From NCBI GenBank assembly GCA_963727445.1, contig CAVSGI010000011.1, forward strand, positions 110,954 through 174,953: DNA of 64,000 nucleotides, given 5' to 3'. This DNA comes from an uncultured delta proteobacterium (GTDB taxonomy: Bacteria > Myxococcota_A > Polyangia > Polyangiales > B10-G4). The position numbers and the translations under genes were made by a program. This document shows, in pieces, positions 63,337 through 64,000 of the stretch (position 1 is its first letter; every line of letters starts with the position of its first letter). Below the pieces are notes generated by a model. That model was not told the DNA's origin, did no database searches, and was given only the letters and a program-made list of their open reading frames with translations.

Positions 63337-63843
63337 GGTGTCGAAGTACAACGGCGGCCGCTCGACCTCGATGAAGCCAGTCTTCCACAGGCCGAAGTCG
63401 AGGAAGCGCATCGGCATGTCCTGGGGGCGGGCGACGAGCCCGGCGGCGACGCCGTTGACGGCGTCGTAGACGAGGCGGCTCGCCTGGGCCTGGGCGTCCA
63501 TGAGGCGGGTCCAGTGGGTCTGGCGGTCGTCGAAGAGCTCGTGGGGGGCGTCGTACTTGCGCTCGCAGAGCAGCGTGTGAAGTCCGCAGCTCAAGTCGCG
63601 GTGAAAGCGCCAGGTGAATTCGGGCAGCGCTTGATCACGCGGCGTCACGCTGGTGTGGTGGTGGGTGACGAACAAGCCCGAGAAGTGCACGTCGACGTCC
63701 GTGTGCCGCTGGGCATCGGCCAGCGAGTAGAGCCACATCTGCTCGACCATCGGGTCCCAGGGCGCGAGGAAACCCTTGCGCAGCGTGGTGCGCCGCACGA
63801 TGGCCGTCGTGGCGCCGGCAACGACGATGCGCGGTGGGGACAC
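63337..63843 (-). pseudogene. RAYT/IS200-like HUH (Y1) transposase, 3'-truncated
   Basis: PRIVVAG.T.AIVRRT..RK.FL.P, THHH (HUH-like), LVYDAVNGVAAGLV (catalytic Tyr region), RPPLYFD; low-complexity read-through to 63202 after the repeat junction. Confidence 0.7.
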
Positions 63844-63898
63844 GGGGGATGGGGCTCTTCACGGCCTGTGCCGGACGCGTGGTCACGAAGTCACTCGG

Positions 63899-63947
63899 CA
63901 TTTGGAGGCGCAAATGGCGCGGCCGCCGGCGGTCCGCCGGCGGCCGC
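63899..63947. repeat. REP-like palindromes upstream of the RAYT-like gene
   Basis: GCGGCCGCCGGCGG-t-CCGCCGGCGGCCGC (63919-63947, perfect 14-bp arms) and CATTTG-gaggcg-CAAATG (63899-63916). Confidence 0.65.
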
Positions 63948-64000
63948 CACCCAGACTCGGGGCGGGGGTGGCCGGACTTTCGTGCACGACGGGCGGTTCC

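Overview
GC-rich bacterial DNA with a gene content typical of Myxococcota (Polyangia/Sandaracinaceae-like, by inference). It has four Hanks-type Ser/Thr kinases, an FHA-sigma54 activator, TPR/PEGA membrane proteins and many Cys-rich lipoproteins. Housekeeping genes include rsmD, coaD, PhoH, prkA-yeaH-spoVR, a cystathionine gamma-synthase/lyase, a UvrD-family helicase, mgtE, an M32 carboxypeptidase, an amidase, a MOSC protein and an aldo/keto reductase. About 19.6-23.9 kb carries dense indels across four unrelated genes and is most likely an assembly artefact. Two regions stand out. (1) At 25.6-26.3 kb, a compact unit sits between convergent genes: 15 tandem RCGTTB hexamers, a roughly 150-nt nested inverted-repeat leader that would sequester the Shine-Dalgarno, a four-helix-bundle (IVS/Avd-like) gene, and a 12-bp hairpin. 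(2) From 57.6 kb to the end is a rearranged accessory region. It has a synonymously diverged duplicate of the aldo/keto reductase 3' end, two small-protein/nucleotidyltransferase pairs, a decayed DDE integrase + ExeA-ATPase element, a 46-bp inverted repeat and a truncated RAYT-like transposase with flanking palindromes. No rRNA, tRNA, CRISPR array or reverse transcriptase was recognised. All product calls come from motif recognition by eye, not database searches.
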